Notes: a model not told the origin generated them from the letters alone. A stretch of DNA of 64,000 nucleotides from Candidatus Moranbacteria bacterium GW2011_GWE2_35_2- (GCA_000990585.1 LBQD01000003.1:79504-143503), one strand, 5' to 3'; counted from the first letter of the stretch, positions 47,549 to 57,287 are shown. Program-made: numbers and translations.

Positions 47549-47794
47549 TCAGCCTGTGGATAACTTTTTAATAATGTTGTTGACAGAAAGTCAATTTGGG
47601 TGTGAAATATAAGTGTAAGAAGAAAAAGAGAGCAGTCGGCAGAGAAAACAAAAAATAAATTTAAATAGTCCAATAAGCAAAGACGATGTACTTTGTAAAC
47701 AAAAGACAGTTCCTGAGGGGGTTGTCTTTTGTTCGTTTCCAACTAGTTTTTTTTTGAGGAGGTCGCTTTCAATGAAAGTGATCAAACGAGAAAA

Positions 47795-47998
47795 ATGAAA
47801 AAGAGGAGGAAAATAGTGGGAAATGAAAATTTACTGTTCTCATACGAGCATATTGAAAAAATGAGGATGAGGATGGGACTTTCTCTTGACGGAACTATTC
47901 GGGAGTATGGAGAAAAGTTCCAGAAACCGATAATGGAGGAGGCTTACCAGAGACTTCAGAAAACCCGCGAAAGATTAAATTTGAGAGGTGCGCAATGA
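47795..47998 (+). CDS. hypothetical small protein
   Basis: 67-aa ORF. Weak call. Confidence 0.2.
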   Translation: MKKRRKIVGNENLLFSYEHIEKMRMRMGLSLDGTIREYGEKFQKPIMEEAYQRLQKTRERLNLRGAQ

Positions 47999-48254
47999 AT
48001 ATCGACGCAACTCCCACACCCCCGGAAATTTCTTTTTGTAAGTTTGAATTCAAACTTACTTGTATAACAATACAACAAAAAAAGAAATTTCTCCGGGGCT
48101 TTTTATTTTTTTGCAATCCGACATAATTCCACGGTCGTGGAATTATGTTAATTTTTTTTAATACAGATGTTGGCATTGATTCAAATTTTTCGGTAAATTA
48201 TCAGCTTGATTTATTTTATTTTTGTTGCTAATATAGCTTTTAGTGAAATATTTT

Positions 48255-48289
48255 GGCGCTATCGTCTAGTGGCTAGGACGCCAGGTTCT
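48255..48289 (+). pseudogene. partial duplicate of tRNA-Glu 5' half (acceptor, D-arm, 5' anticodon stem and start of loop)
   Basis: 35/35 identity with 48599-48633. Fused after TTCT to the 32-nt module. Confidence 0.7.
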
Positions 48290-48321
48290 TCGCCCTAGCG
48301 GGCGACCACCCGTTAGGGTGG
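48290..48321 (+). repeat. 32-nt GC-rich two-hairpin module, copy 1 (copy 2 at 48696-48727)
   Basis: TCGCCCTAGCGGGCGACCACCCGTTAGGGTGG = hairpins CGCCC-TAGC-GGGCG and CCACCC-GTTA-GGGTGG. Identical in both copies. Confidence 0.8.
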
Positions 48322-48338
48322 CATCCTTTTGAATTTTT

Positions 48339-48593
48339 ATGTATTATACATATGTTTTAAAAAGTGAAGCGGACAATAATTTGTATATTGGGTATACTGG
48401 CGATTTGAGGCAACGAATAAAAGATCATAATCAAGGAAAAACCAAATCTATAAAACATAGAATTCCATTTAAATTGATTTATTATGAGGCATATAAAAAT
48501 AAGACGGATGCCAGAAAAAGAGAAATAGAATTAAAGAAGAATAATTATCAAAAAGAGCAATTAATAAAAAGAATAGAAAATTCATTGAGATAA
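48339..48593 (+). CDS. GIY-YIG domain endonuclease (URI-type small nuclease)
   Basis: YTYVLKS...LYIGYTGDLRQRIKDHN...Y.E motifs of the GIY-YIG fold. 84 aa. Confidence 0.7.
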   Translation: MYYTYVLKSEADNNLYIGYTGDLRQRIKDHNQGKTKSIKHRIPFKLIYYEAYKNKTDARKREIELKKNNYQKEQLIKRIENSLR

Positions 48594-48598
48594 TGTTC

Positions 48599-48670
48599 GG
48601 CGCTATCGTCTAGTGGCTAGGACGCCAGGTTCTCATCCTGGTAACCGGGGTTCGATTCCCCGTAGCGCTA
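48599..48670 (+). tRNA. tRNA-Glu (anticodon CUC)
   Basis: GGCGCUAUCGUCUAGUGGCUAGGACGCCAGGUUCUCAUCCUGGUAACCGGGGUUCGAUUCCCCGUAGCGCUA. Glu-type D-loop. Anticodon loop UUCUCAU. Confidence 0.85.
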
Positions 48671-48685
48671 CAAAAATATGTATTA

Positions 48686-48748
48686 GGGGGGGTTCTCGCC
48701 CTAGCGGGCGACCACCCGTTAGGGTGGGATTCCCCGTAGTCGCTGCCA
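48686..48748 (+). other. tRNA-Glu T-arm/3'-acceptor-like fragment interrupted by the 32-nt module, ending in CCA
   Basis: GGGGGGTTC-[module]-GATTCCCCGTAGTCGCTGCCA against tRNA-Glu CGGGGTTCGATTCCCCGTAGCGCTA. Confidence 0.6.
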
Positions 48749-48752
48749 TCAC

Positions 48753-48786
48753 AAAAAAACCAACCTTTTCGAGGTTGGTTTTTTTG
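48753..48786 (+). terminator. rho-independent terminator
   Basis: AAACCAACC-TTTTCGA-GGTTGGTTT, then a T-run. Confidence 0.65.
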
Positions 48787-48909
48787 TTGGGAATTTTTCT
48801 TGACAAATAACATTTTTTTTGCTAGTCTGTCAAATCAATTTATAATAGATTAATTTCTTATTTTTCGGGTTTTGGATGAATAAAAAATGTCGAAAAATAA
48901 GGTAAAAAA

Positions 48910-49848
48910 ATGAATATTGTATCAATCAAGAAAAAAGAAATCGCAGTGAGTATTTTATTGTTGGCAATTTTGATTTTGCCTGTTTTTTCTTTTGCCGGAA
49001 CAAGCAAGATCTATGTTAATGATAATGCTAGCGGTAAACAGGATGGAAGCTTGAAGCATCCGTATAAAACAATTACTCAAGCACTTAAAAAAGCTGATAA
49101 AGATGACGAAGTTCATATCGCCAGTGGAACATATAAAGAAAACATTGAGATTCCTAGTCGAGTAAAAGTTTTTGGGAGCGGAATGGATGATGTTGTAATC
49201 GAGGCTAAGGATGGTTCACAAGAAGTGGTTGATATGCATAATAAAAGTGAAATAAACAAAGTAACCGTTCGCGGAGGGGAATACGGTATTGAAGTTGACG
49301 AAAATAGTAAAGCTTCTATTATAAAATGCCGCGTTGTTGATAATGATAAGGATGGAATTTTTATCGAAGGAGGAGATGCTGATGATAAACGCAAAATTTC
49401 TATTGTAGAAAGTAAAATTGAGAAAAACGGTCGCGCAGGGATTTATTCTAAAAAAAGTCGTTTAGTTATTATTGAAAATGAAATAATAGATAATGATAGT
49501 GACGGAATTGATATCGCGAAAGGATCAAGCGCTTGGATTGCGGACAATAGAATTAAAGATAATGGTGGTAGCGGAATGAAAGTTGTCTTGGATGGAAGTG
49601 AAATTTGGACCAAAAACAATACTTTTTATGATAATGATCGCGAAGGAATCGAGATTAACGCATATGGTCAAAATGGAAGAATTGATATTAATAAATCAAA
49701 ATTTTACAAAAATGATCGTTGGGGAATTGCCAAGGTTCAAAAAGGAGAATTTCCGGTTTCTGTTTGGAATGGAGCAGTAGTTCAAGGAGATAATATTTTC
49801 TGGGAGAATAAAACTGGCGATGTTTCCGATGCTATTTCGGTAAAATAA
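48910..49848 (+). CDS. secreted right-handed parallel beta-helix repeat protein
   Basis: Signal peptide. Periodic G-x-x-G-I / N-x-I repeats (EYGIEVDENS, DGIFIEGG, AGIYSKKS, DGIDIAKGS, SGMKVVLDGS, EGIEINAYG). Confidence 0.5.
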   Translation: MNIVSIKKKEIAVSILLLAILILPVFSFAGTSKIYVNDNASGKQDGSLKHPYKTITQALKKADKDDEVHIASGTYKENIEIPSRVKVFGSGMDDVVIEAKDGSQEVVDMHNKSEINKVTVRGGEYGIEVDENSKASIIKCRVVDNDKDGIFIEGGDADDKRKISIVESKIEKNGRAGIYSKKSRLVIIENEIIDNDSDGIDIAKGSSAWIADNRIKDNGGSGMKVVLDGSEIWTKNNTFYDNDREGIEINAYGQNGRIDINKSKFYKNDRWGIAKVQKGEFPVSVWNGAVVQGDNIFWENKTGDVSDAISVK

Positions 49849-49864
49849 TATTTTTTTTGAGAAT

Positions 49865-51001
49865 ATGAAAATAGCATTTATTGGACAAAAAGGAATTCCT
49901 GCCAAGTTTGGAGGAGTTGAAACGCATGCGCAAGAACTGGCTGTTCGATTGGCTGGTTTTGGCAATGAAGTCGTTGTTTATGTACGAAATAATTATACCG
50001 ATAAAAATATACAAAAGTACAAAGGCGTTAAATTAGTTCATTTGCCAAGTATTGCAACGAAAAATTTGGACGCTATAACACACACATTCTTGGCAATCGT
50101 TCACGCGCTTTTTTGTCGCTATGATGTTGTTCATTTTCATGCAATCGGACCCAGTTCACTTGCTTGGATTGTAAAAATTTTTAGTCCGAAGACGATTTTG
50201 GTCGCAACATTTCATTGCCAGGATTATTTGCATCAAAAATGGAGTTTTTTTGCGCGCTCATATTTGCGTTTTGGAGAAAAAATGGCAAATATTATTCCGG
50301 ACAGAACAATAGTTGTTAGTAAATTATTAGGCGAATACGCCGAAAAAAAATATCATAATAATCCAATGTTTATTCCCAATGGAGCTACTATTGGAAATAA
50401 TAAAGAATCTTTAAAATTGTCCGCGTGGAATATTAGGAAAAAAAAATATATTCTTTCAATGGGAAGATTGGTCAAGCATAAAGGCGTGCATTATTTGATT
50501 GAGGCTTTCAAACAATTGGAAGACACAAATCGATTGCCAAATAATTTTAAGTTGGTAATTGTCGGCGCCGGATCATTTACGGACGATTATGTGAAATATC
50601 TCAAGACAATCAGTCAGGAAAGAGATAGTATAATATTTACCGGAAATCAAACAGGCGGAGCGCTTTCTCAATTGCTTTCCAATGCTTATCTCTTTGTGCA
50701 ACCATCGGAATCGGAAGGGCTTTCCATTGCTCTTTTGGAGGCGATGGGTCATAGTGTTGCTCCTTTGGTAAGTGACATTCCTGAAAATATAGAGGCGATT
50801 GGCGAAGATGGATTTTCTTTTTCCAATAAAAATGTTGATAGTTTACGGGATAAATTGGCATATCTTTTGAATAAGCCGGATGAAGTGGAGAATATGGGAA
50901 AAAAATCACAACAAAGAATCGCCAAGGAATTCAGTTGGCAATCAATTGCCCAAAAAACCGATAGATTATATCGGGATATTGCAATGAAAAAGGAAAAATA
51001 A
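49865..51001 (+). CDS. glycosyltransferase family 4
   Basis: GT4 N-terminus (KGIPAKFGGVETH). C-terminal E-x7-E region (SESEGLSIALLEAM). Confidence 0.75.
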   Translation: MKIAFIGQKGIPAKFGGVETHAQELAVRLAGFGNEVVVYVRNNYTDKNIQKYKGVKLVHLPSIATKNLDAITHTFLAIVHALFCRYDVVHFHAIGPSSLAWIVKIFSPKTILVATFHCQDYLHQKWSFFARSYLRFGEKMANIIPDRTIVVSKLLGEYAEKKYHNNPMFIPNGATIGNNKESLKLSAWNIRKKKYILSMGRLVKHKGVHYLIEAFKQLEDTNRLPNNFKLVIVGAGSFTDDYVKYLKTISQERDSIIFTGNQTGGALSQLLSNAYLFVQPSESEGLSIALLEAMGHSVAPLVSDIPENIEAIGEDGFSFSNKNVDSLRDKLAYLLNKPDEVENMGKKSQQRIAKEFSWQSIAQKTDRLYRDIAMKKEK

Positions 51002-51016
51002 TTTTGGTGCACAGGC

Positions 51017-52027
51017 TTGAAGCTTATTATGAATATGCAAAAAACACTTTTTGAAAAATTGAAAACTCAGGTAAAAATCGATGGATATTTTATTTTTTTG
51101 TGGATTGTTTTTTCCTGTACTTTTATTTTTATTTTATTGTCTCAATCGATTACTTACCGTAGCGAGATGATTCTCTTGGTTATTCCAAAGAATGAAAGAA
51201 TAGCCGTTGTTTCCGAAGATATTGCTGGAAATTTGAATGAGATGGTGGGAACGTTGTTTTTCTATGAAAAATTATTGAAAGATAATCCGGGCATAGAAGA
51301 TGAATGGGCGGATTTTTCCAAAGACAAAAAAAAGAAATTATGGAATGAAAAAGCCAAAGCGTTTCATCGAGCGGGAAGCACGGTTTTCGTTGTTGAAATC
51401 ATGGATAAAAAACAGGCACAGTCGAATTTTTTGGCAAAGCAGTTGGTCGGCAGTTTGTTTAATTTGGCGGGAAAGTATTATAATATAAAAACCGATATTG
51501 ATTTGCGGATTTTAGAGGGACCGATAACGAAAATGATCTTGCGCGGATGGTATTGGATTGTTTTAGCGGGTATTTTGATTGGAGCTTTCTTCTCTTGGTT
51601 GGTTCAATTGTTTTTTATTTTTATTGAAAAATTATTTTCTACCAAATCCAAATTGAAATTTTCTTCCATAAAATTTCCAAAAATCAAAAATACAAGCGGA
51701 AGGAAAAAAGAAGACTTGGAAAAATTGATAGAGAATTATGCGGAGAAAGATAATGTTTTTTTTGCGCCGAAAATAAAAAAAGAATTTCGAAAAAGCAATC
51801 CGCCGATAAATTTGCCGATTGCTTCCGTTATTGAAGAAAAAGATGTTCAAGAGAAAGAAGATGACATTCACACAGTGCAACAAAAAAATGAAATTCCCGC
51901 CTTTAAGGAAGATCAAATTGGATTGGAGCAAATTATTGAAGAAGAAAATACTAACAAGATTATTCCAGAACCTACCGAAGATGAATTTAAAAAAAGGCTC
52001 AATCAGCTTTTGAAAGGTGATTTATAA
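51017..52027 (+). CDS. hypothetical membrane protein
   Basis: Two TM segments. Lysine-rich C-terminal half. Confidence 0.35.
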   Translation: MKLIMNMQKTLFEKLKTQVKIDGYFIFLWIVFSCTFIFILLSQSITYRSEMILLVIPKNERIAVVSEDIAGNLNEMVGTLFFYEKLLKDNPGIEDEWADFSKDKKKKLWNEKAKAFHRAGSTVFVVEIMDKKQAQSNFLAKQLVGSLFNLAGKYYNIKTDIDLRILEGPITKMILRGWYWIVLAGILIGAFFSWLVQLFFIFIEKLFSTKSKLKFSSIKFPKIKNTSGRKKEDLEKLIENYAEKDNVFFAPKIKKEFRKSNPPINLPIASVIEEKDVQEKEDDIHTVQQKNEIPAFKEDQIGLEQIIEEENTNKIIPEPTEDEFKKRLNQLLKGDL

Positions 52028-52075
52028 AAATCTTCACTCTAATTCTCTCTTGGAAGGAGAGAAGGAAATAACTTT

Positions 52076-53419
52076 ATGAAAAAATATTCGCGAAAATTCT
52101 GGATAATTTTCTGGCTGTCGTCCGTTGTTTTTTTGGCAACGTGGTATGTTTTTTGGCAAACGCGTTTCGGCGGAGATATTAAACAGGATTCTTTCTCTGG
52201 AAAGAGTTCCGGTGAACTTGGTGCTTTATATGAAGTGGCGAATTATTTTTTGAAAAATGACAATCAGGAAAAAACTTTTTTGATTTTGTTTCAAAATAAC
52301 TTAGAGCTCCGTCCCGGCGGAGGATTTATTGGTTCGTTTGGAATATTCAAAATTAAAAATGGAAAGTTGACGCTTTCGCAGATTCACGATACTGGAAATT
52401 TCGATGGGAGAATTCCGGACACTGTTGAGCCTCCATATCCAATGAAGCAAACATTACGCATCAATTCATGGAAATTGCGTGATTCAAATTTTTCTCCGGA
52501 TTTTCAAGTCAATGCCAAAAAAGCGGAAGAATTTTATTATATGGGAAGCGGCGGAGAAAAGTTTGACGGCGTGATCGGAATTACCACGAATGTTCTTTCT
52601 TCTTTCCTCAAGGCGACCGGTCCGATTCAAATTGAAGGTTATCCGGGAACATATGACAGTGAAAATGCAGTAATTACTTTGGAACGGCAAGTAGAAAAAG
52701 ATTATGTTGAGCAGGGAATCGAGGCAGGAGAGAGAAAGGCGGTAATGAGCGAGTTGGGTAAGGAAGTTCTCAAAAGAGTTTTTGACTCGAGCGGTTCTCA
52801 AAAGTTGGAATTGTTTGGTATTATTGCGGATGATTTGGAAAACAAGGATATCCAAATGTATTTTCACGATAAAAAATTGCAACAATTGGTATGGGAAAAT
52901 GGCTGGGCGGGAGATGTTGATCAAGATTGGAATAAGGATTATTTGATGATGGTGGATGCTAATCTCGGAGCATATAAAAGTGATTATTATATTAAACGCT
53001 CAATGGACTATTTTGTTGATTTTTCCAAGCAAAGACCGGAGGCGACTTTGAAAATAACCTACAAACACACAGCATTACAAAAAGATTGGATGACGAAGGA
53101 TTATCTGAGTTATTTGCGCATTTATGTTCCCGGAGGATCTGAGTTTATTTCGACGGAAAATACGGACAAAAATATTCAAAAGGGAGAAGAGTTTGGGAAA
53201 CAATATTTTGGAGCGATAGTTAATGTTCCGCTTGATTCGGAAAAAACCGCAGTATGGAAATATTATTTGCCGGAAAATATTACCGCCGAAGATTATGCCC
53301 TGGAAATTCAAAAGCAATCAGGAATAGGTAATATGTCGGTAAAAGTAGAAATTATTCAAAAAGATGGAATAAAGAAAAATTTCGATACAATTATAGATAA
53401 AGATACAATTCTTCAATAA
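52076..53419 (+). CDS. DUF4012 domain protein
   Basis: N-terminal TM plus ELRPGGGFIGSFG motif characteristic of DUF4012. Confidence 0.55.
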   Translation: MKKYSRKFWIIFWLSSVVFLATWYVFWQTRFGGDIKQDSFSGKSSGELGALYEVANYFLKNDNQEKTFLILFQNNLELRPGGGFIGSFGIFKIKNGKLTLSQIHDTGNFDGRIPDTVEPPYPMKQTLRINSWKLRDSNFSPDFQVNAKKAEEFYYMGSGGEKFDGVIGITTNVLSSFLKATGPIQIEGYPGTYDSENAVITLERQVEKDYVEQGIEAGERKAVMSELGKEVLKRVFDSSGSQKLELFGIIADDLENKDIQMYFHDKKLQQLVWENGWAGDVDQDWNKDYLMMVDANLGAYKSDYYIKRSMDYFVDFSKQRPEATLKITYKHTALQKDWMTKDYLSYLRIYVPGGSEFISTENTDKNIQKGEEFGKQYFGAIVNVPLDSEKTAVWKYYLPENITAEDYALEIQKQSGIGNMSVKVEIIQKDGIKKNFDTIIDKDTILQ

Positions 53420-53500
53420 TGAAGAATTGTTTTTTTAATTTAATGGTATTTTTTATTTTTTCAAATTTGATGATATACTGGCGGTAAAGGAAAAAATATT

Positions 53501-54079
53501 ATGAATATTATTAAAACCAAAATCGAAGGATTGTTGATTATTGAGCCGCAAGTTTTCGGAGATGAGCGCGGTTTTTTTGTTGAAACTTATCATAAAAAAA
53601 GATATGCCGAGGCGGGAATCCCTTCATTTAGTGAAGAATTTGTGCAGGATAATTTGTCTATGTCTTCAAAGGGAGTTTTACGCGGACTTCATTGGCAGAT
53701 GCCGCCTTTTGCGCAAGGAAAATTGGTACAGGTTATTCAGGGAAAAATTTTGGATGTGGCGGTGGATATCCGATTCGGTTCGCTCACTTTTGGACAATAT
53801 GTTGTAGTGGAGCTTTCCGGAGAAAATAAAAAGCAATTCTGGATTCCTCCGGGATTTGCGCACGGCTTTGTTTCTCTCGAAGATAACACAATTTTTTCCT
53901 ACAAATGCACGAATTTGTATAACAAAGATTCTGAAAGAGGAATAATGTGGAATGACCCGGATATTAATGTCGATTGGCAATTGAAAAAATACGGAATTTC
54001 CAACCCGATTATTTCCGAAAAAGACCAAAAAAACAAATTTTTCAAAGATATCGAAAAAGATTTCATTTGTAAGTTGTAA
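53501..54079 (+). CDS. rfbC: dTDP-4-dehydrorhamnose 3,5-epimerase
   Basis: IEGLLIIEPQVFGDERGFF...RGLHWQ cupin motifs of RmlC. Confidence 0.85.
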   Translation: MNIIKTKIEGLLIIEPQVFGDERGFFVETYHKKRYAEAGIPSFSEEFVQDNLSMSSKGVLRGLHWQMPPFAQGKLVQVIQGKILDVAVDIRFGSLTFGQYVVVELSGENKKQFWIPPGFAHGFVSLEDNTIFSYKCTNLYNKDSERGIMWNDPDINVDWQLKKYGISNPIISEKDQKNKFFKDIEKDFICKL

Positions 54080-54090
54080 ATGTAAAATTT

Positions 54091-55095
54091 ATGAAATTAT
54101 TGATTACTGGCGGGGCGGGGTTTATTGGGGCGAATTTTATTCATTATTGGATGCAAAATTATCCAAACGACGAAATTGTCAATTTGGATGCTTTGACGTA
54201 TGCCGGGAATTTGGAAAATCTGAAAGATTTGGAAAATAATCCCAATTACAAATTTGTAAAAGGAAATATATGCGATGAAAAATTAGTAGATGAATTAGTA
54301 AAAGATGTGGATGCTATTGTTCATTTTGCTGCTGAATCGCATGTGGACCGTTCGATTTCCGACAGTGGAGATTTTATCCGGACTAATATTTCCGGAACGC
54401 ATACGCTTTTGGAAGCGGCGCGCAAAAATGGAAACAAAAGATTCCATCATATTTCCACGGATGAAGTTTTCGGTTCGCTCGAGGAAAACGATCCTGCTTT
54501 TAACGAAGACACGTCATATGATCCCAGAAGTCCGTACAGCGCGTCAAAGGCATCATCCGACCATTTGGTGCGGGCGTATTTCCATACATATGGATTGCCG
54601 ATCACGATTTCTAACTGTTCAAATAACTACGGTCCGTACCAGTTTCCAGAAAAACTAATTCCGCTTTTTGCGACAAATTTGATTGAAGGCAAAAAAATTC
54701 CTGTTTATGGAAAGGGTGATAATATTAGGGATTGGATTCATGTCGATGATCACAATCGTGGAGTGGATATGATTTTGAAAAAGGGAAAAATCGGAGAAAC
54801 TTATTGTTTGGGCGGAAATAGCGAGAAAACTAATTTGGAAATTACGCATAAAATTTTGGAGCTGACAGGTAAGGGCGAGGAAATGATTGAATATGTGGCA
54901 GATAGAAAAGGGCATGACAAGAGATATGCAATTGATTTTTCCAAGGCAAAAAAAGAACTCGGATGGGAGCCGCAGATTTCTTTTGAGGATGGATTGAAAA
55001 AAACAATTGCTTGGTATGAAGATAGTCAGGATTGGTGGAAGAAAATTAAGAACGGAGAATATAAAGAATATTATGAAAAGCAATATAAGAGTTAG
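54091..55095 (+). CDS. rfbB: dTDP-glucose 4,6-dehydratase
   Basis: TGGAGFIGANF Rossmann motif. YxxxK (YSASKASSD). RmlB length. Confidence 0.88.
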   Translation: MKLLITGGAGFIGANFIHYWMQNYPNDEIVNLDALTYAGNLENLKDLENNPNYKFVKGNICDEKLVDELVKDVDAIVHFAAESHVDRSISDSGDFIRTNISGTHTLLEAARKNGNKRFHHISTDEVFGSLEENDPAFNEDTSYDPRSPYSASKASSDHLVRAYFHTYGLPITISNCSNNYGPYQFPEKLIPLFATNLIEGKKIPVYGKGDNIRDWIHVDDHNRGVDMILKKGKIGETYCLGGNSEKTNLEITHKILELTGKGEEMIEYVADRKGHDKRYAIDFSKAKKELGWEPQISFEDGLKKTIAWYEDSQDWWKKIKNGEYKEYYEKQYKS

Positions 55096-55184
55096 AAATT
55101 AGGAATTAAAAATTAAAATGTTAATTTAATTAGCGTTGTTTACAAAAATTGTTAAAATATAACCAAACAATTAAGAATTAGAAG

Positions 55185-56144
55185 TTGAATAAAATTATGA
55201 AGAAGATTTTAATAATCGGTTCCAAAGGGATGTTGGGTCAAGAATTGGTTAATGTTTTTGGCAATGATGAAGATTGCAAAGTTGTGGCTTGGGATAGGGA
55301 AGATATTGATATAGCGGACAGTGCGCAGATTAGGGTGAAAGTAGGAGAAATAAAACCTGATGTGATTATCAATGCGGCGGCGTACAACGCGGTGGATAAA
55401 TGTGAAGAAGATAAAAAGGAGTATGAAATTGCAGAAATAATCAATGGAAAATCGCCGGGATATTTGGCGGAAATATCCAAAGAAATCGGAGCGGTTTTTG
55501 TACATTATTCAACTGATTATGTTTTTGGAAAAGAAATGCCTCCGATTCCAGAGCCGGCAGGTTGTACGGGAAGTTGTGCGTCCTGTGGATTGCATAATGA
55601 TTATATTCCGGAAATCGGATTTGATGAGCAAGCAAAGCCGGCGCCCGTGAGTAAATATGGAGAAACCAAGTTGATGGGGGAAAAATCGGTGCAAGAAAAA
55701 GGAGAAAAATATTATATTATCCGCACTTCAAAAATTTTCGGCAAACCTGGAGTGACAGAAGGCGCAAAAAAAAGTTTTTTTGATGTGATGCTTGCGGTCG
55801 GTAAAAAGGCGGAAGCGGGAGGTGGCGAAGTGAAGGCAGTGGATGAGGAAACGAGTTGTTTTACCTATGCCCCGGACTTGGCTCGTAAAACCAGGGAAAT
55901 TATTGAAGCAAAAAAAGAATTTGGGATTTATCACGTGGTTAATTCTGATCCGTGTACTTGGTATGAGGCGGTTTTGGAATTGTATGGTCAAGCGGGAATT
56001 AAAGCAAAAGTTGTTCCTGTTTCCGGTGATGAATTTCCCCGTCCGGCAATGCGTCCATTTTTTTCCGTGTTGCTTAATACAAAATTAAATTCATTGAGAA
56101 ATTGGAAAAACGCGTTAGAAGAATATTTGAATAATAAAAAATAA
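55185..56144 (+). CDS. rfbD: dTDP-4-dehydrorhamnose reductase (with ~30-aa Cys-rich insertion)
   Basis: IGSKGMLGQEL Rossmann. STDYVF and YGETKLMGE motifs of RmlD. Confidence 0.8.
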   Translation: MNKIMKKILIIGSKGMLGQELVNVFGNDEDCKVVAWDREDIDIADSAQIRVKVGEIKPDVIINAAAYNAVDKCEEDKKEYEIAEIINGKSPGYLAEISKEIGAVFVHYSTDYVFGKEMPPIPEPAGCTGSCASCGLHNDYIPEIGFDEQAKPAPVSKYGETKLMGEKSVQEKGEKYYIIRTSKIFGKPGVTEGAKKSFFDVMLAVGKKAEAGGGEVKAVDEETSCFTYAPDLARKTREIIEAKKEFGIYHVVNSDPCTWYEAVLELYGQAGIKAKVVPVSGDEFPRPAMRPFFSVLLNTKLNSLRNWKNALEEYLNNKK

Positions 56145-56150
56145 TAAAAT

Positions 56151-57287
56151 ATGAAAATTGCGATTCAGGCGGCGGATTTGGATAACAAGCGGATAGACGG
56201 AACCAGGGTTTATCTTTTGAATTTGCTAAAATATTTCGGAAAAATTTCTCCCGAGGATGAATTTTTAATTTATCATCGAAAAGAATTTAATCCAGAATTG
56301 ACTCCGAAAAATTTTTCCAATTATAAGATAAAAAGAATAACTTCTCCTTGTTTTTGGACGCAAACAAGGTTCGCAGCTGAGGTTTGGAAGGATAATCCGG
56401 ATGTTTTATGGATGCCGATGCATAATATTCCCTTAATACGAAAAAGAAAATTGAAAACAGTGGCGACCATTCATGATTTGGCGTTCAAGATTTTTCCGGA
56501 AAGTTTTCCGACAAAAGATTTACGACAAATCAATTTCTTGACAGATATAGCGATTAGAAATGCGGATAAGATGATTGCTATATCGCATTCGACAAAAAAT
56601 GATATTTTGAAATTTTATTCGCAAATTGACAAGCGCAAGATTAAAGTAATTCATCACGGTTTCGATATGGAATTATTTCAAAAAGAAATTCCGGAAAGCA
56701 AATCAGCAGAGGTTTTTTCAAAATTCAAAATTCAAAATTCAAAATTTATTTTGTATGTTGGCGCCGTTCAGCCGCGAAAAAATTTGGAAACTTTAATTTG
56801 GGCGTTTGAGAAATATAGAAATGAGCAACGAAAAAAAATAAACAATGGACAGCAGGTGAAATTGGTATTTGCTGGAAGTAGGGCGTGGATGTGGGAGCGA
56901 GTAATTGAAAGAGTGGAGAATAGTCCGTTTCGGGATGACATCATTTTGACTGGCAGAGTGGATTTTTTAACTTTGGCGACGCTTTATCGCAACGCCGGTT
57001 TATTTGTTTTTCCTTCTTTATATGAAGGGTTCGGAATTCCGGTTTTGGAGGCGATGGCATCGAAAGTTCCGGTAATTTGTGCCGACAATTCCAGTTTGAG
57101 AGAAGCAGGAGGCGAGGCGGCTGAATATTTCCATTCTTTTGATCCAAGTGAATTAGCGGAAAAAATAGAAAAGATTTTTAGTGATGATGAAATGAGAAAG
57201 TCTATGATTGAAAAAGGAATAAAACAGGCGGAAAATTTTTCATGGGAAAGATGTGCGCGGGAGACTTTGGAATGGTTGAAGTGCTAA
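56151..57287 (+). CDS. glycosyltransferase family 4
   Basis: C-terminal GT4 motifs (ILYVGAVQPRKN, FPSLYEGFGIPVLEAMA). Confidence 0.75.
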   Translation: MKIAIQAADLDNKRIDGTRVYLLNLLKYFGKISPEDEFLIYHRKEFNPELTPKNFSNYKIKRITSPCFWTQTRFAAEVWKDNPDVLWMPMHNIPLIRKRKLKTVATIHDLAFKIFPESFPTKDLRQINFLTDIAIRNADKMIAISHSTKNDILKFYSQIDKRKIKVIHHGFDMELFQKEIPESKSAEVFSKFKIQNSKFILYVGAVQPRKNLETLIWAFEKYRNEQRKKINNGQQVKLVFAGSRAWMWERVIERVENSPFRDDIILTGRVDFLTLATLYRNAGLFVFPSLYEGFGIPVLEAMASKVPVICADNSSLREAGGEAAEYFHSFDPSELAEKIEKIFSDDEMRKSMIEKGIKQAENFSWERCARETLEWLKC

